From NCBI GenBank assembly GCA_963817385.1, contig CAWFOM010000010.1, positions 352,001 through 416,000 on the forward strand: 64,000 bases of DNA, in the 5' to 3' direction. Positions 40,621 through 51,370 of this stretch are shown piece by piece. The stretch's first letter is position 1. Every line of letters starts with the position of its first letter. The DNA comes from an uncultured delta proteobacterium. Lineage in GTDB: Bacteria > Desulfobacterota > Syntrophia > Syntrophales > UBA5619. The notes beneath the pieces are model-generated. The model was given only the letters and a program-made list of their open reading frames with translations, was not told where the DNA came from and searched no databases. Both the position numbers and the translations under genes were made by a program.

Positions 40621-41049
40621 TTATTTTTTTCTGGCGGGCGACGGTCCGAGGGAACGGATCCGTTCGGTCATCTCCCGTGCACATTCCGCAAATCGCTGGC
40701 CTTGAGAGGCGCTCATGTTGAACATCTCCAGCCTCGCCCCACCGATACCCACCTCGTCCAAGAGACCCTTCACATATTCAACCCGTCGCCGCGCCCGGAG
40801 ATTGCCGCGGAGGAAATGGCACTCGCCCTCCAGACATCCGGCCAGATACACTCCATCAACCCCGCTCTCAAAGGCCTTCAGTACCAGGAGGATATCCACG
40901 CGGCCGGTGCAGGGCATCTTCACTACCTTCACACTGCTGGGATAGCTCAATCTCATCGAACCTGCCAGGTCCGCAGCGCTGTAAGCTCAATGCTCACAGC
41001 AGAATGCGATAATCTCCGGCTCAAAACCGTTGTCCGTTTTCTCTGACAT
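40621..41049 (-). CDS. mvhD: Selenocysteine-containing MvhD/FlpD [2Fe-2S] subunit (in-frame UGA at 40989-40987)
   Basis: ATG 41049 reads MSEKTDNGFEPEIIAFCCEH-UGA-AYSAADLAGSMRLSYP...PCTGR...GCLEGECHF; the UGA aligns with the second Cys of the paralogue's LCNWCAYAGADLAG. Confidence 0.9.
40945..40986 (-). promoter_or_regulatory. Putative bacterial SECIS element
   Basis: Hairpin CGGACCU-GGC-AGGUUCG with a G-first apical loop about 21 nt after the UGA; lower stem GCUUA/UGAGC. Confidence 0.7.
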
Positions 41050-41178
41050 CGCCTTGTTCTCTCCCCGCTTGTCCTAACTCAGTACGAACTTCCGCACCGC
41101 TCGGCGGGCGCAGCAACCAGCCGCGCCTCGTCTCTCTTACGTGTGGGCTCTAACTTCCCGGCATTTTAGCATCGGGTA

Positions 41179-44100
41179 TCATTCAACCAACGCCGCAATT
41201 TTCGCCTCAAGCTGACTGCCGCGGTAATGCATCAGATCGATAGCCCGGGCGGGACACTCCGCCGCACAGGTGCCGCATCCCTTGCACTTGATGATGTCTA
41301 TCTCCGCTTCACCCCGCACATTAACCACCGGTACGTCATAAGGGCAGACGCGAACACAGGTAAGGCAGGCGGCACAGTGTTCTCCGTCCACAACGGCGAC
41401 GACGCCTCCTACCAGAAGATTTTCTTTGGAGAGGATGGTGCAGGCCCTCGCCACGACTGCATGCGCCTGAGAGATGCTTTCACTGATCAATTTCGGCGCA
41501 TGGCCGGATCCCGTCACATAGATGCCTTCAGACGCGAAATCCACCGGACGCAGTTTCATGTGCGCCTCGAGGTAAAATCCTTCAGCGGTGCGCGGCACCT
41601 TCATGAGCGTGGCCAGCTCCTTGTTGTCCCGTGGAATGGTTGCCGATGCAAGAACGATCAGGTCGGGGTGTACCGTCATTTTTTCCTTGACGAGCTTGTC
41701 CTCGAAGGAAATCACGAGTCGCTCTCCCTCTTTTTTCACCTCAGGACTCTCTTCGGGCTCGTACCGGACAAACAGAATCCCCTCCTTGCGGGCCTGGGCA
41801 TAGTAGGTCTCGAGAAACCCGTACGTGCGGATGTCCCGATAGAGGATGCGGATCGTTATCGCGGGATTGATTTTTTTCAGCTTCAGGGCGGTCTTTATCG
41901 CCGTGGCGCAGCAGGTTCGGCTGCACGAGGGGCGCTTCTCATTCCTCGATCCCACACACTGGATCATCACCACCTCGCGCAGTCCGGCCAACTCTTCCCT
42001 GCGGTGGGCAAGACGGTCTTCCAGCTCCAGTTGCGTGACAACACGCGCATCGTCGCCGTAGAGATACCCCTCCGGCTTCTCCTCCTGTGCGCCGGTGGCC
42101 AGAATGGTTATCCCGTGTTGAATCTTCTGATAATCCATCGCCGGCGCCGTCCTGACGCCGGTGGTGAAGTTGCCCCGTACCCCGCTGAAATCGACGACCG
42201 TACTGTCGAGCAAACAATGGATCGCCGGATGTCCGGATACCTTGTCGATCAGGTCGCGAAGAAAGGCTTGGACATCCCCTCCCTCAATGGTGGTATGGAT
42301 ATTCAGCAGGTTTCCGCCCAGCCTGTTCTCCTTTTCTACAAGGTAAACCTCAAATCCTTGTTCGGCAAGACGCAGCGCCGCCGTCATGCCGGCAACTCCG
42401 CCGCCGATGACGAGACCGCGCTGGACGACAGGCACCTCCGTTTCCCCAAGCGCACGGTTCAACCGGACATTGGCCACGGCCATGCGCACGAGTATTTTTG
42501 CCTTTGCCGTTGCGTCCGCCTTCCGGCGCATATGCACCCAGGAACATTGGTCGCGGATATTTGCCATCTCGAAGAGAAACTTGTTCAAACCCGCTTCCCT
42601 GATCGTGTCGCGGAACATCGGCTCATGCGTACGGGGAGAGCAGGAGGCCACGATTACGCGGTTTAACCTGTGCTCCTTGACGGCATTTTTGATTTTTTCC
42701 TGCGTATCCTGGGAGCAGGTGTAGAGATTTTCATCCGCATGGACGACATTGGGCAAGGTGCTTGCGTACGCCTTGACGGCGGGAACGTTCACCACGCCGC
42801 CTATGTTGATGCCGCAGTGGCAGATGAAAACGCCGATCCTGGCTTCCGCTTCCGGTTTTACCTCCTCTTCCGGCGGATACTCCTTTTTCGTGGTCAGCGT
42901 TCCTCTCGCGGAGGCGATCATTCCCGTTGCGGCCGCCGCAGCGCCGCTCGCCTGGGCAACGGTCTCCGGGATATCCTTCGGCGACTGAAAGGCCCCGCAG
43001 ACATAAACCCCCTCCCTCGATGTGGCAAGGGGGGTAAAGGTTCCCGTCTCGCAGAATCCGAACCTGTTCAGATCGACCCCCAGCCTCGCCGCCATATTCC
43101 GGACAACCGGCGACGTTGACATGCCCAGGGAAAGGACGACAAGATCGAACTCCTCCTCGCATGACGTCCTTTCTTCGTTCATGTATGTAACGAGCAGGTT
43201 GCCGCTGCCCGGTTTTTCTCTCACCTTGGAAACCATGCTCTTGACGAGCCGGACGCCATAATCTGCCTTCGCCCGCTCATAATAGGCATCGAACCCCTTC
43301 CCATACGCCCTGACATCCATGGCGAAAATCGTCGGTTTGACAAACTGGACATGCTCCTTGGCGATGACCGCTTCCTTCAGGGCGTACATGCAGCAGACGG
43401 ACGAGCAGTAGTCGTTGCCGCATTTCACGTCACGGGATCCGACGCATTGGATAAAGGCGATTCGTTCGGGAATGGCGCCGTCGGAGGGGCGCAGCAGATG
43501 GCTCCGATGGGGGCCGGTCGCGCTGAGAATGCGCTCAAATTCGATGCTGGTCACCACATTGGGAAAAACGCCGTAGCCGAATTCGGGCCGGCGCTGGGCG
43601 TCAAAGACCTCGAAGCCGGGGGCAAGGATGACGGAACCGACGGATAGTTTCTCCTCGGTTTCCTTGTCCCCATAATCAACGGCGCCGGCGAGACACACCC
43701 GCTCGCAAAGGCCGCATCCGATACATTCTTCCCGGTCGATAAGGAACACTTTGGGGATGGCCTGCGGGTATCTGAGGAATATCGCCGCCCGTTTGCTCAT
43801 CCCTTCATTGTAGCTGTCGATGGCGGTGACGGGGCAATGTTTGGCGCACTCTCCGCAACCGGTACACTTGTCGGCACGGATGTACCGCGGCCTCCGTATG
43901 ATCGTCGCCTCGAAAGAGCCGGGAGGGCCGGTGATTTCCCTGACTTCGGCGTTCGAAATGATCCTGATGTTCCGGTGTCGTCCGGAGTCCACCAGTTTCG
44001 GCGACATGATGCACATCGCACAGTCGTTCGTCGGAAAGGTTTTATCAAGCTGGGACATAGTCCCGCCGATGGTGGGCGAATGTTCGACGAGATAGACATA

Positions 44101-44220
44101 AAATCCTGCTTCGGCCAGATCAAGCGAGGCCTGCATCCCGCCGATCCCGCCGCCCACAACCATCACCGCACCGACCGGTTTTATCCCATTACCATTCGTC
44201 ATGCCGCCTGATGACCCCAT
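41179..44220 (-). CDS. hdrA: Tandem-type heterodisulfide reductase subunit A (two FAD modules); alternative start at 44202
   Basis: VVGGGIGG, LDKTFPTNDCAMC, CVGSRD..CSSVCC, CHCGINI, CSPRTHE, NIRDQCSWVH, second FAD module, C-terminal 2x[4Fe-4S]. Confidence 0.93.
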   Translation of the reverse strand: MGSSGGMTNGNGIKPVGAVMVVGGGIGGMQASLDLAEAGFYVYLVEHSPTIGGTMSQLDKTFPTNDCAMCIMSPKLVDSGRHRNIRIISNAEVREITGPPGSFEATIIRRPRYIRADKCTGCGECAKHCPVTAIDSYNEGMSKRAAIFLRYPQAIPKVFLIDREECIGCGLCERVCLAGAVDYGDKETEEKLSVGSVILAPGFEVFDAQRRPEFGYGVFPNVVTSIEFERILSATGPHRSHLLRPSDGAIPERIAFIQCVGSRDVKCGNDYCSSVCCMYALKEAVIAKEHVQFVKPTIFAMDVRAYGKGFDAYYERAKADYGVRLVKSMVSKVREKPGSGNLLVTYMNEERTSCEEEFDLVVLSLGMSTSPVVRNMAARLGVDLNRFGFCETGTFTPLATSREGVYVCGAFQSPKDIPETVAQASGAAAAATGMIASARGTLTTKKEYPPEEEVKPEAEARIGVFICHCGINIGGVVNVPAVKAYASTLPNVVHADENLYTCSQDTQEKIKNAVKEHRLNRVIVASCSPRTHEPMFRDTIREAGLNKFLFEMANIRDQCSWVHMRRKADATAKAKILVRMAVANVRLNRALGETEVPVVQRGLVIGGGVAGMTAALRLAEQGFEVYLVEKENRLGGNLLNIHTTIEGGDVQAFLRDLIDKVSGHPAIHCLLDSTVVDFSGVRGNFTTGVRTAPAMDYQKIQHGITILATGAQEEKPEGYLYGDDARVVTQLELEDRLAHRREELAGLREVVMIQCVGSRNEKRPSCSRTCCATAIKTALKLKKINPAITIRILYRDIRTYGFLETYYAQARKEGILFVRYEPEESPEVKKEGERLVISFEDKLVKEKMTVHPDLIVLASATIPRDNKELATLMKVPRTAEGFYLEAHMKLRPVDFASEGIYVTGSGHAPKLISESISQAHAVVARACTILSKENLLVGGVVAVVDGEHCAACLTCVRVCPYDVPVVNVRGEAEIDIIKCKGCGTCAAECPARAIDLMHYRGSQLEAKIAALVE

Positions 44221-44303
44221 GATGAGATTTCGTCCTTTATGTCAATTCCGGTCATTACAAGAGACCAAAATTCAAAGAAAATGAGCTCGATACGGCGGCA
44301 TGC

Positions 44304-45083
44304 TCAGACGCTTCTTACATACCGCGGATAACGCCCCTCTTCCGACGGATCGAATCCGATCCTTCCCTCCCCTACCAGAGACACCAAATTCGAGAGCGTT
44401 TCCTTCAGAGAGGCCTTGAGCTTCCTGCTGATCTCCTCCGCCGTCATTGGTCCTGCTTCAAGAAAAATGAGGATCCGGTTTTTACGCAGTTCCTCCCGCA
44501 CAGTCGATTCCAGCACTGCCCTGACCTTTTCCGGATCCGTTCGCTCACCGTAGACATTTTCTTTTTCCAGAAGTTCGGGGGCCTTGCCCGCCATCCAGCG
44601 TATCTTCTCGCTTTCGAGGGATGTCTGAATGGCCCGCAGCTTTTCTTCCGTCTCCGGGGTTACGGGAAACGGTCCCAGAGCGGCAATCCGCTCGGTGAAA
44701 CTGCTGACGAGCTGGGCGAAACGCTGTCCTTCGCCCGCGGAAACCCAGTCCAGCATGAGCCGTTCTTCTCCAATCCCCTCGTCGGACAGGAGTTTGCGCA
44801 GAAGGGTGATCTTCCGTTCCGCCTGGATATTGCCGCTGAGGTAATGGCAATCGCCGGGATGACATCCGAGGATCATCACCCCGTCGAAACCGGCGAGAAA
44901 TGCCCGGGGGATAAACGCCGGATCTATCCTGCCGGAGCACATCACGCGGATCACCCGTGTGTTGGGCGGATACTGAAACCGTGAAATACCGGCCAAATCG
45001 GCGCCTGCATATGCGCACCAGTTGCACAGGAAGGAGAGAATCTTTGGTTCAAAGCTCATGGGCACACTCGATTCACAATTCAT
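44304..45083 (-). CDS. mvhD: MvhD/FlpD domain with a C-terminal extension ending in a winged-helix-like segment (start may be 45059)
   Basis: FLCNWCAYAGADLAG, VMCSGR, GCHPGDCHY, WVSAGEG; tail GPMTAEEISRKL...LVSLVGEGRI. Confidence 0.88.
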   Translation of the reverse strand: MNCESSVPMSFEPKILSFLCNWCAYAGADLAGISRFQYPPNTRVIRVMCSGRIDPAFIPRAFLAGFDGVMILGCHPGDCHYLSGNIQAERKITLLRKLLSDEGIGEERLMLDWVSAGEGQRFAQLVSSFTERIAALGPFPVTPETEEKLRAIQTSLESEKIRWMAGKAPELLEKENVYGERTDPEKVRAVLESTVREELRKNRILIFLEAGPMTAEEISRKLKASLKETLSNLVSLVGEGRIGFDPSEEGRYPRYVRSV

Positions 45084-48000
45084 CGGTCCATCGTCGCTAC
45101 AGCGTGCTCCTCTTTCAACGCCTCGATCTGCGCGAACAATTCCTCATCGGTAAAATGGCGAATGGTGACCGCCTGCTGCGGACAACTGGCGCTGCAGATG
45201 CCGCATCCCTTGCACGACGCGGCGATCGTTTCGGACTTTTTCCCCTGCGGGGTCTCACCCACGCGGATGGCGTTGAACGGACAGAGGGATTCGCAGAGGC
45301 CGCACCCGACACACCGGCTCTGCATCGACACAGGAAATGGTGGGCAGGATACTGACTGACCCCTTCGCCATGACCGCCGTGGCGCGCGCCACGGCGGCGC
45401 CGGCCTGGGCGATCGTTTCGCTGATGGTCTTGGGAAAATGGGCCATGCCGGCAAGAAAGATACCGTCCGTGGCAAAATCCACCGGGCGCAATTTCATATG
45501 GGCTTCAAGGAAAAATTTGTCCGCCGTCAGCGGAACCTTGAGCATCTTCGCCAGTTGAGAGTTGTCATAGGGAATCACGGCAGTGGAAAGGACGACGAGA
45601 TCGGGGGCAATGACCGCCTCCTCTCCGATCATGAGATCCTTCACCTTGAGCTCGAGTATGCCGTTATGGACGGAAAGTTCCGGCTTCGCCGCTAAGTCGT
45701 ACGGGATGAACCGGACCCCCTTTTCCCGCGCCAGTGTATAGTAGTGTTCCATTAACCCGTAGGTGCGGATATCGCGGTAGAGGACGCTGACACTCGTGAG
45801 GGGGGAAAGCTCCTTGAGCTTCAATGCATTTTTTACGGCAACCGAACAACAGATCCGGCTGCAGTTGGGATGATCGGGCGTGCGTGAACCTACGCACTGG
45901 ATCATGACGACGTTCCGATAGTTTTTGATTTCTTCAGGATGAAGGGCGAGACGTTCCTCAAACTCGCTCTGCGTAACGACCCGCATGTCCCGGCCGAGGA
46001 GATACTCGGACGGCCGGCTTTCCCCGGCGCCCACCGCCACGATGACAACACCGTGGGTATATTCTTCATCCTTGCCGGCTATCGAGATAACGCTGCGGAA
46101 ATTCCCCAAGTAGCCGTCGATTTTTGTTATCTCCGCGCCCGTAAAAACGGTGATCTCCGGCGTGGACATAACTTCCCGGACGGTGTCGTGCAGCAACGCC
46201 TGAACGTCCTTGCCTTCGAGGGTGTAATGGATATGACAGGAGATTCCCCCCAAGCTCCTGTTCCTTTTCGACGAGCGCACTGGCGAATCCCTGGCGCGCC
46301 AAGGCCAAGGCAGCGCTCATCCCCGCAAGACCGCCGCCGATGATGAGGGCCTTTTTGCTCACCTCCATCGTCGGTTCCTCAAGGGGGCCGATGAGGCGCG
46401 CCTTGGCCACCGTCATGCGGAGCATGTCTTTCGCCTTTGCCGTGGCCTCCAGGGGAAGCTGCATATGCACCCAGGAGCATTGATCACGGATATTGGCCAT
46501 CTCGAAGAGATATTTGTTGAGGCCCACCTCCCGGATCGTTTCCTGAAAGAGCGGTTCGTGGGTGCGCGGCGAGCAGGAGGCGACCACCACCCGGTTCAGA
46601 CGATGCTCATCGATTGCCCTCTTGATCTTCTCCTGCGTATCCTGCGAACAGGTGTAGAGATTTTCATCCACATATTCCACGTTCGGCAGCGTGCGGGCAT
46701 ATTCCTTTACCTCAGGGACGTTGACGATCCCGCCGATGTTGATTCCGCAGTGACACACAAAGACGCCGATCCGGGGCGCCTGCCCTGCCACGTCGCGTTC
46801 CGGCGGGTACTCTTTCGTCCGGGTGAGCGTCCCGCGCACCTCCGCAGAGGAGAGCGGATGCCGCTTGCGCCGCCGCACCGGCCTGGACGACCGTTTCCGG
46901 AATGTCCTTGGGGCCTTGAAAGACGCCGCAGGCGTACACGCCGTCCCGGGAGGTGCTCAATGGAGAAAATCCGTCGGTCCGGCAGAACCCATGCTCATCA
47001 AGAGCAATGCCGAGCCGTTCGGCGAGCTCCAGGGCCTCCGGCGCCGGTATCATGGCCACGGAAAGGACCACCAGATCAAACTCCTCTTCCTGCGGTCTCC
47101 CTTCGCCGTTTATGTAACCGATCACGAGGTTCTTGTTCTTCGGGCGCTCTGCAATACGGGAGATCTGGGAATGGATAAACCGGACACCGTAATCCTTCTT
47201 CGCCCTCTCGTAATAGAGATCGAAATCCTTGCCCTGGGCGCGGATATCCATGTAAAAAATGGTGGACTCGGCGGCAGGGAGATGTTCCTTGGTAATGACC
47301 GCCTCTTTTATGGCATACATGCAGCACACGGAGCTGCAGGTGTCGTTGTCCTTGCTGCGGGACCCTACACACTGCAGAAAGGCGATCTTCTTGGGCTCGG
47401 CATGATCGGAGGGACGGGTCACATGGCCGCCGAACGGACCGGAGGCGCTCAACATCCGTTCAAACTCCATGCTCGTCACCACATTGGGATAACGGCCATA
47501 CCCCAGCTCCGGCGCGACCGCGGGTGCATATAATGAATACCCCGGCGCCAGGATCACCGAACCGACGAGGATCTCCTCCTCACCGCCCGTCTCCTGATGA
47601 TCGATGGCGCCCGCCTTGCAGACCCGCACACACAAATGACACTCCGAACAGATACCGCAGGCCAGGCATCGTGACGCCTCCCGCTTGGCCTCCTCCTCCG
47701 TCAGCGAAAGCTCCACCTCGCGAAAATCACGCACCCGTTCGGAAACCGGAACCATGGGCATCGCCGCCCGCGGCGACCTATCCACCCCGCCCGCCGCGAC
47801 TATCCGATCAATCTCCTCATCCTGCAGATGAACCACCGGCAGCGGGACCTGTTCGCGCGCCGTCAGCAGATCGACGCCCCGCAGATATCTATCGATGGAA
47901 AGCGCCCCGCGTCTGCCATCCGCTATCGCCCATATCAATATCCCCGGACCTCGCTGGGCATCCCCTCCGGCAAATACTCCCGGCCGCTTCGTCGCCAATG

Positions 48001-49574
48001 TCTTCTCATCAACAACAAAGGTCCCCTCGATCGCTCACCTCCAATCCATGCGCCTTATCCAGGAAGGAGATCTCCGGCGCCTGCGCCACCGCCGCGATCA
48101 TCGTATCGGCCTCGATCACAAACTCCGAGCCGGGAATCGGAACGGGACGCCGCCTTCCGCTCTCGTCAGGATCGCCCAACTCCATGCGCTGACATCTGAT
48201 GCCCGCCACCCTGCCGTCTTTCACCACCACCGCGACCGGGGCGGTCAGCAGCTCCAGCGCGACACCCTCGCGCTCGGCCTCCTCTATCTCCCAACTGCTG
48301 GCCGGCATCTCCTCACGGGAACGACGATAGACCATCGCCACCGAACCGGCGCCCAATCTCAGCGCCGTTCGCGCCGAATCCACCGCGGTGTTGCCGCCCC
48401 CGATCACCACGACGCGCTTGCCGACGGTCGGCAGGTCCCCCGCTCCTGTTGCAAGACTCACGGCCTGTAAAAAAGGAACCCCGTGATACACGCCCCGGGC
48501 ATCCTCGCCCTCAATACCCAACCGCTGCGGCTCATGTGCCCCAATCGCCAGAAATACCGCCGCATACCCCTCGGCAAACAGCGTGTTTACGTCCTGGACA
48601 GGGGTGTTCAGCCGTATCTCCACCCCTTCGGCAACGATGGCGTCTATCTCCCGCTGCAGTACCTCACGGGGCAGGCGGTACGCGGGAATCCCCACCCGCA
48701 TCATCCCTCCCGCCGCCGGCAGGGACTCGAATACCGTGACCCCATATCCCATCCTCACCAGATGATGGGCGCAACTCAATCCCGCAGGACCCGATCCCAC
48801 CACGGCAACCCTGGCCGCAGGACGATCCGTGATCCCGTCACCCGCACCCACCGCCTTTTCCGATGAACCGCCATGCTCGTACACCCAATCCGCCGCAAAT
48901 CGCTTCAAGGCGCATATCGCCACCGGCGCATCCAGCTTTCCGCGACTGCATTCGGCCTCGCAGGGATGGGTGCATACCCTCCCGACCGAGGCGGGGAAAG
49001 GATTGTACTCCCGCACCACCTCCAGGGCCTCCTCATAGCGGCCTTCCTGAATCAGGGCCACGTACCCCTGGGCGCTCGTCTCCGCGGGGCAGGTCGCCTT
49101 GCAGGGACTCGTCCCCCGTTTCGTTACCAGAAAAGAATTGGGAACGGCCTGCGGATAGGGACGGTAGATTGCCTTTCGCTCATCCAATCCCTCGTTAAAC
49201 TCGTTTGCCAATCCGATCGGGCATACCTCCACACAATCGTTACAGCCGGTGCATTTTATCGTGTCCACATAACGGGGATAACGGCGTATGCGAGCGGTAA
49301 AGCGACCGGGGTTACCGGATAAGGAAAGCAGTTCCGAATTGGTGAGAATCTCGATGTTCAGATGACGACCCGTCTCCACAAGTTTCGGCGATATAATGCA
49401 CATGGCGCAATCGTTCGTCGGAAACGTCTTGTCCAACTGAGCCATGCGACCGCCGATGGCGGCTGACTTCTCCAGCAGATAAACCTTTATGCCTGAATTG
49501 GCAAGATCAAGCGAGGCCTGGATTCCCGCAATTCCTCCCCCGATTACCAGTGCCGCGCCTACTTTAGATTCCAT
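45080..49574 (-). CDS. hdrL: HdrL-type giant HdrA with an inserted GltD-like NAD(P)H/FAD module (about 1490 aa); frameshifts at about 48024, 46846, 46238 and 45318
   Basis: HdrA N-terminus (DKTFPTNDCAMC), then PCKATCP..GRVCTHPCE..GSGPAG..GGGNTAVD..YRR..GGD, then the HdrA core and a second FAD module; five ORF pieces join by single-base removals. Confidence 0.85.
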
Positions 49575-49583
49575 GTCTTTCCC

Positions 49584-49601
49584 TTCGTCACTAGTGACGA
49601 A
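49584..49601. other. Perfect 18 bp palindrome TTCGTCACTAGTGACGAA
   Basis: Between the hdrB stop and the hdrL RBS. Confidence 0.8.
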
Positions 49602-49603
49602 TT

Positions 49604-50452
49604 TCATATCAATCCCTTTGTTGACAGCAGTTTGATTGGATCGGTTATGTGGCGGCGGAGCCACGTTTTCCCCTCCTTATGACCCATGGCCAGGCCCATC
49701 AGTTCCGTGAAATAAAAGACGGGGATCCCGGCCGCCCCGTCACCGGCGGGAAGGCCCGACTGCCGCGTATCCAGATTCGCATGACACATGGTACAGCCCG
49801 TGACAATACAGTCGGCGCCCGCTTCCCGCGCCATGGAGAGGATGCGCTGACTCAACTGCACAACGATGTCGGTCCGCGTCATGACGAGACTGGCCCCGCA
49901 GCAGTCCGTTTTGTACGACCAGGGAACCGCCTCCGCACCCAGGATCTCCATCAGGCGATCCATGTGCTGCGGGTTCTCGTAGTTCGCTACCCCGGTCAAC
50001 TGCGGCGGACGAACGGCAAGGCAGCCGTAGTAACACGCCACCTTAAGACCGCTCAAGGGTCTCACCACCCGCGCCTTCAACCCCTCGATCATTGCGGGAT
50101 CGCAAAAAAAATCGAGGGCGTACCGGACAGAGACCCGTCCTTCATACGGAGACGGAAGATACTCCGGATGCTCTTTCGCCCCCGCCTCCGCCGCCTTGAA
50201 ACGGCTGTAACACGCCACGCAGGGCACAACCATCTCCCGATCGTGCTTCTCCGCTATGCGCAAATTCCGCACCGGCAGGGCAACCGCCAACGCCTCGTCC
50301 GAACAATGGGCCGAGGTGGAGCCGCAACAGGTCCAGTCCTCCAGCTCATGGAGACCGACATCCAGCAGCTTCGACACCCCCCTGAATGATTCGTCATATT
50401 CGCGGGCCGTCCCGTGGAGGGAACACCCGGGATAGTAGGTTATCTCTTTCAC
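49604..50452 (-). CDS. hdrB: Heterodisulfide reductase subunit B, copy 1
   Basis: YYPGCSL, DWTCCGS, CVAC, YYGCL, DCCGAS, CTMCHANLD (two CCG domains). Confidence 0.95.
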   Translation of the reverse strand: MKEITYYPGCSLHGTAREYDESFRGVSKLLDVGLHELEDWTCCGSTSAHCSDEALAVALPVRNLRIAEKHDREMVVPCVACYSRFKAAEAGAKEHPEYLPSPYEGRVSVRYALDFFCDPAMIEGLKARVVRPLSGLKVACYYGCLAVRPPQLTGVANYENPQHMDRLMEILGAEAVPWSYKTDCCGASLVMTRTDIVVQLSQRILSMAREAGADCIVTGCTMCHANLDTRQSGLPAGDGAAGIPVFYFTELMGLAMGHKEGKTWLRRHITDPIKLLSTKGLI

Positions 50453-51024
50453 CGTGGAGCCCCTTTCTCGTATGCGCTAAACATCTCCTTCACCTCTTTG
50501 CCCCCCCGAAAACTCTGCGGCAGGAGCTTGATCTTCCCCCGACGAAACATCTGCCACCCCAAGGCCGCATCCTTCAGAAAATCCCTCGTCTTTACCTTGA
50601 AACGCAGAATCAGAGAAAGCTCGTGAATGCGGCCCGCGCTCTTGATGCTGTCGAGAAAAGCCTGATGGAAAACCGGAATCTCCTGCTCGCCGGCACTGAC
50701 CCCCGAACGCAGCGCAATGTGCCGCAAACTGTCCATGACATGGGCAAAATCGATGTCATTGGGACACCGGACGCTGCAGGTATGGCAGGATGCGCATATC
50801 CAGATGCTCCTGCAGCCCAGCACCTTCTCACGCTTCCCGTACTGGATCTGACGGATAACCTGATTGGGGAAAATATCCATCGCCGAAACGACGGGACATC
50901 CCGCCGAACACTTCTGGCACTGGTAACAGGCCCGGATGTCCACACCGCCCTCACGGATGACTTCCTCAAGAAACGAATTCTCAAAATACTCCGCCGCTCC
51001 GTTCATGTCCATCTGCTGCCTCAC
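49606..51024 (-). repeat. Left arm of a 1.42 kb inverted repeat (hdrC-hdrB cassette)
   Basis: Reverse complement of 57418..58837 with about 10 substitutions and one indel, compared by eye. Confidence 0.97.
50449..51012 (-). CDS. hdrC: Heterodisulfide reductase subunit C, copy 1
   Basis: CYQCQKCSAGCP and IWICASCHTCSVRCP; FH.AFL.SI...GRIHE; GAGG RBS. Confidence 0.93.
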   Translation of the reverse strand: MDMNGAAEYFENSFLEEVIREGGVDIRACYQCQKCSAGCPVVSAMDIFPNQVIRQIQYGKREKVLGCRSIWICASCHTCSVRCPNDIDFAHVMDSLRHIALRSGVSAGEQEIPVFHQAFLDSIKSAGRIHELSLILRFKVKTRDFLKDAALGWQMFRRGKIKLLPQSFRGGKEVKEMFSAYEKGAPR

Positions 51025-51220
51025 TTGATTGTCTGGATTGCGTTTTATATGGCGACTCTCCCCGATGCGAACGGAGAAACCGTTCCGGTTAACATGCTTC
51101 CCATAGGCAGAAGTGCCCACTTCATAGCATATTGCCGGGACTCCGTACAATAAAGATTATGTGCTTGTCAAGGCAAAACTGGAGCGGTTTAAATACGGTT
51201 AAATTAGCGGTTAAATTATC

Positions 51221-51249
51221 TTGACACACAAGCACCGTTTTCATATAGT
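51221..51249 (+). promoter_or_regulatory. Sigma70 promoter of the rightward hdrA'-metF operon
   Basis: TTGACA-N17-TATAGT, preceded by three CGGTT(T)AAAT direct repeats. Confidence 0.7.
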
Positions 51250-51370
51250 CACGCAGTCAAAAATCAGGTTTTTTTCACACCAACAGACGAATGTCTTTTA
51301 CTTTGATTCCTGGCTGTAAGGGTAATACCGCATCCCTTCTGTTGTTGGAGGGCGAGGGAGATAACGTCTA

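Noticed and set aside
41075..41175. GC-rich intergenic segment before the Sec-mvhD as an ncRNA or repeat
   Set aside because: Single copy in the window, with no convincing structure or family match
48006..48020. CC-TGA-TGA at the end of ORF 48009..49664 as Sec readthrough in HdrL
   Set aside because: Out-of-frame tail after an extra G near 48024; the corrected frame reads GTFVVDEKTLAT
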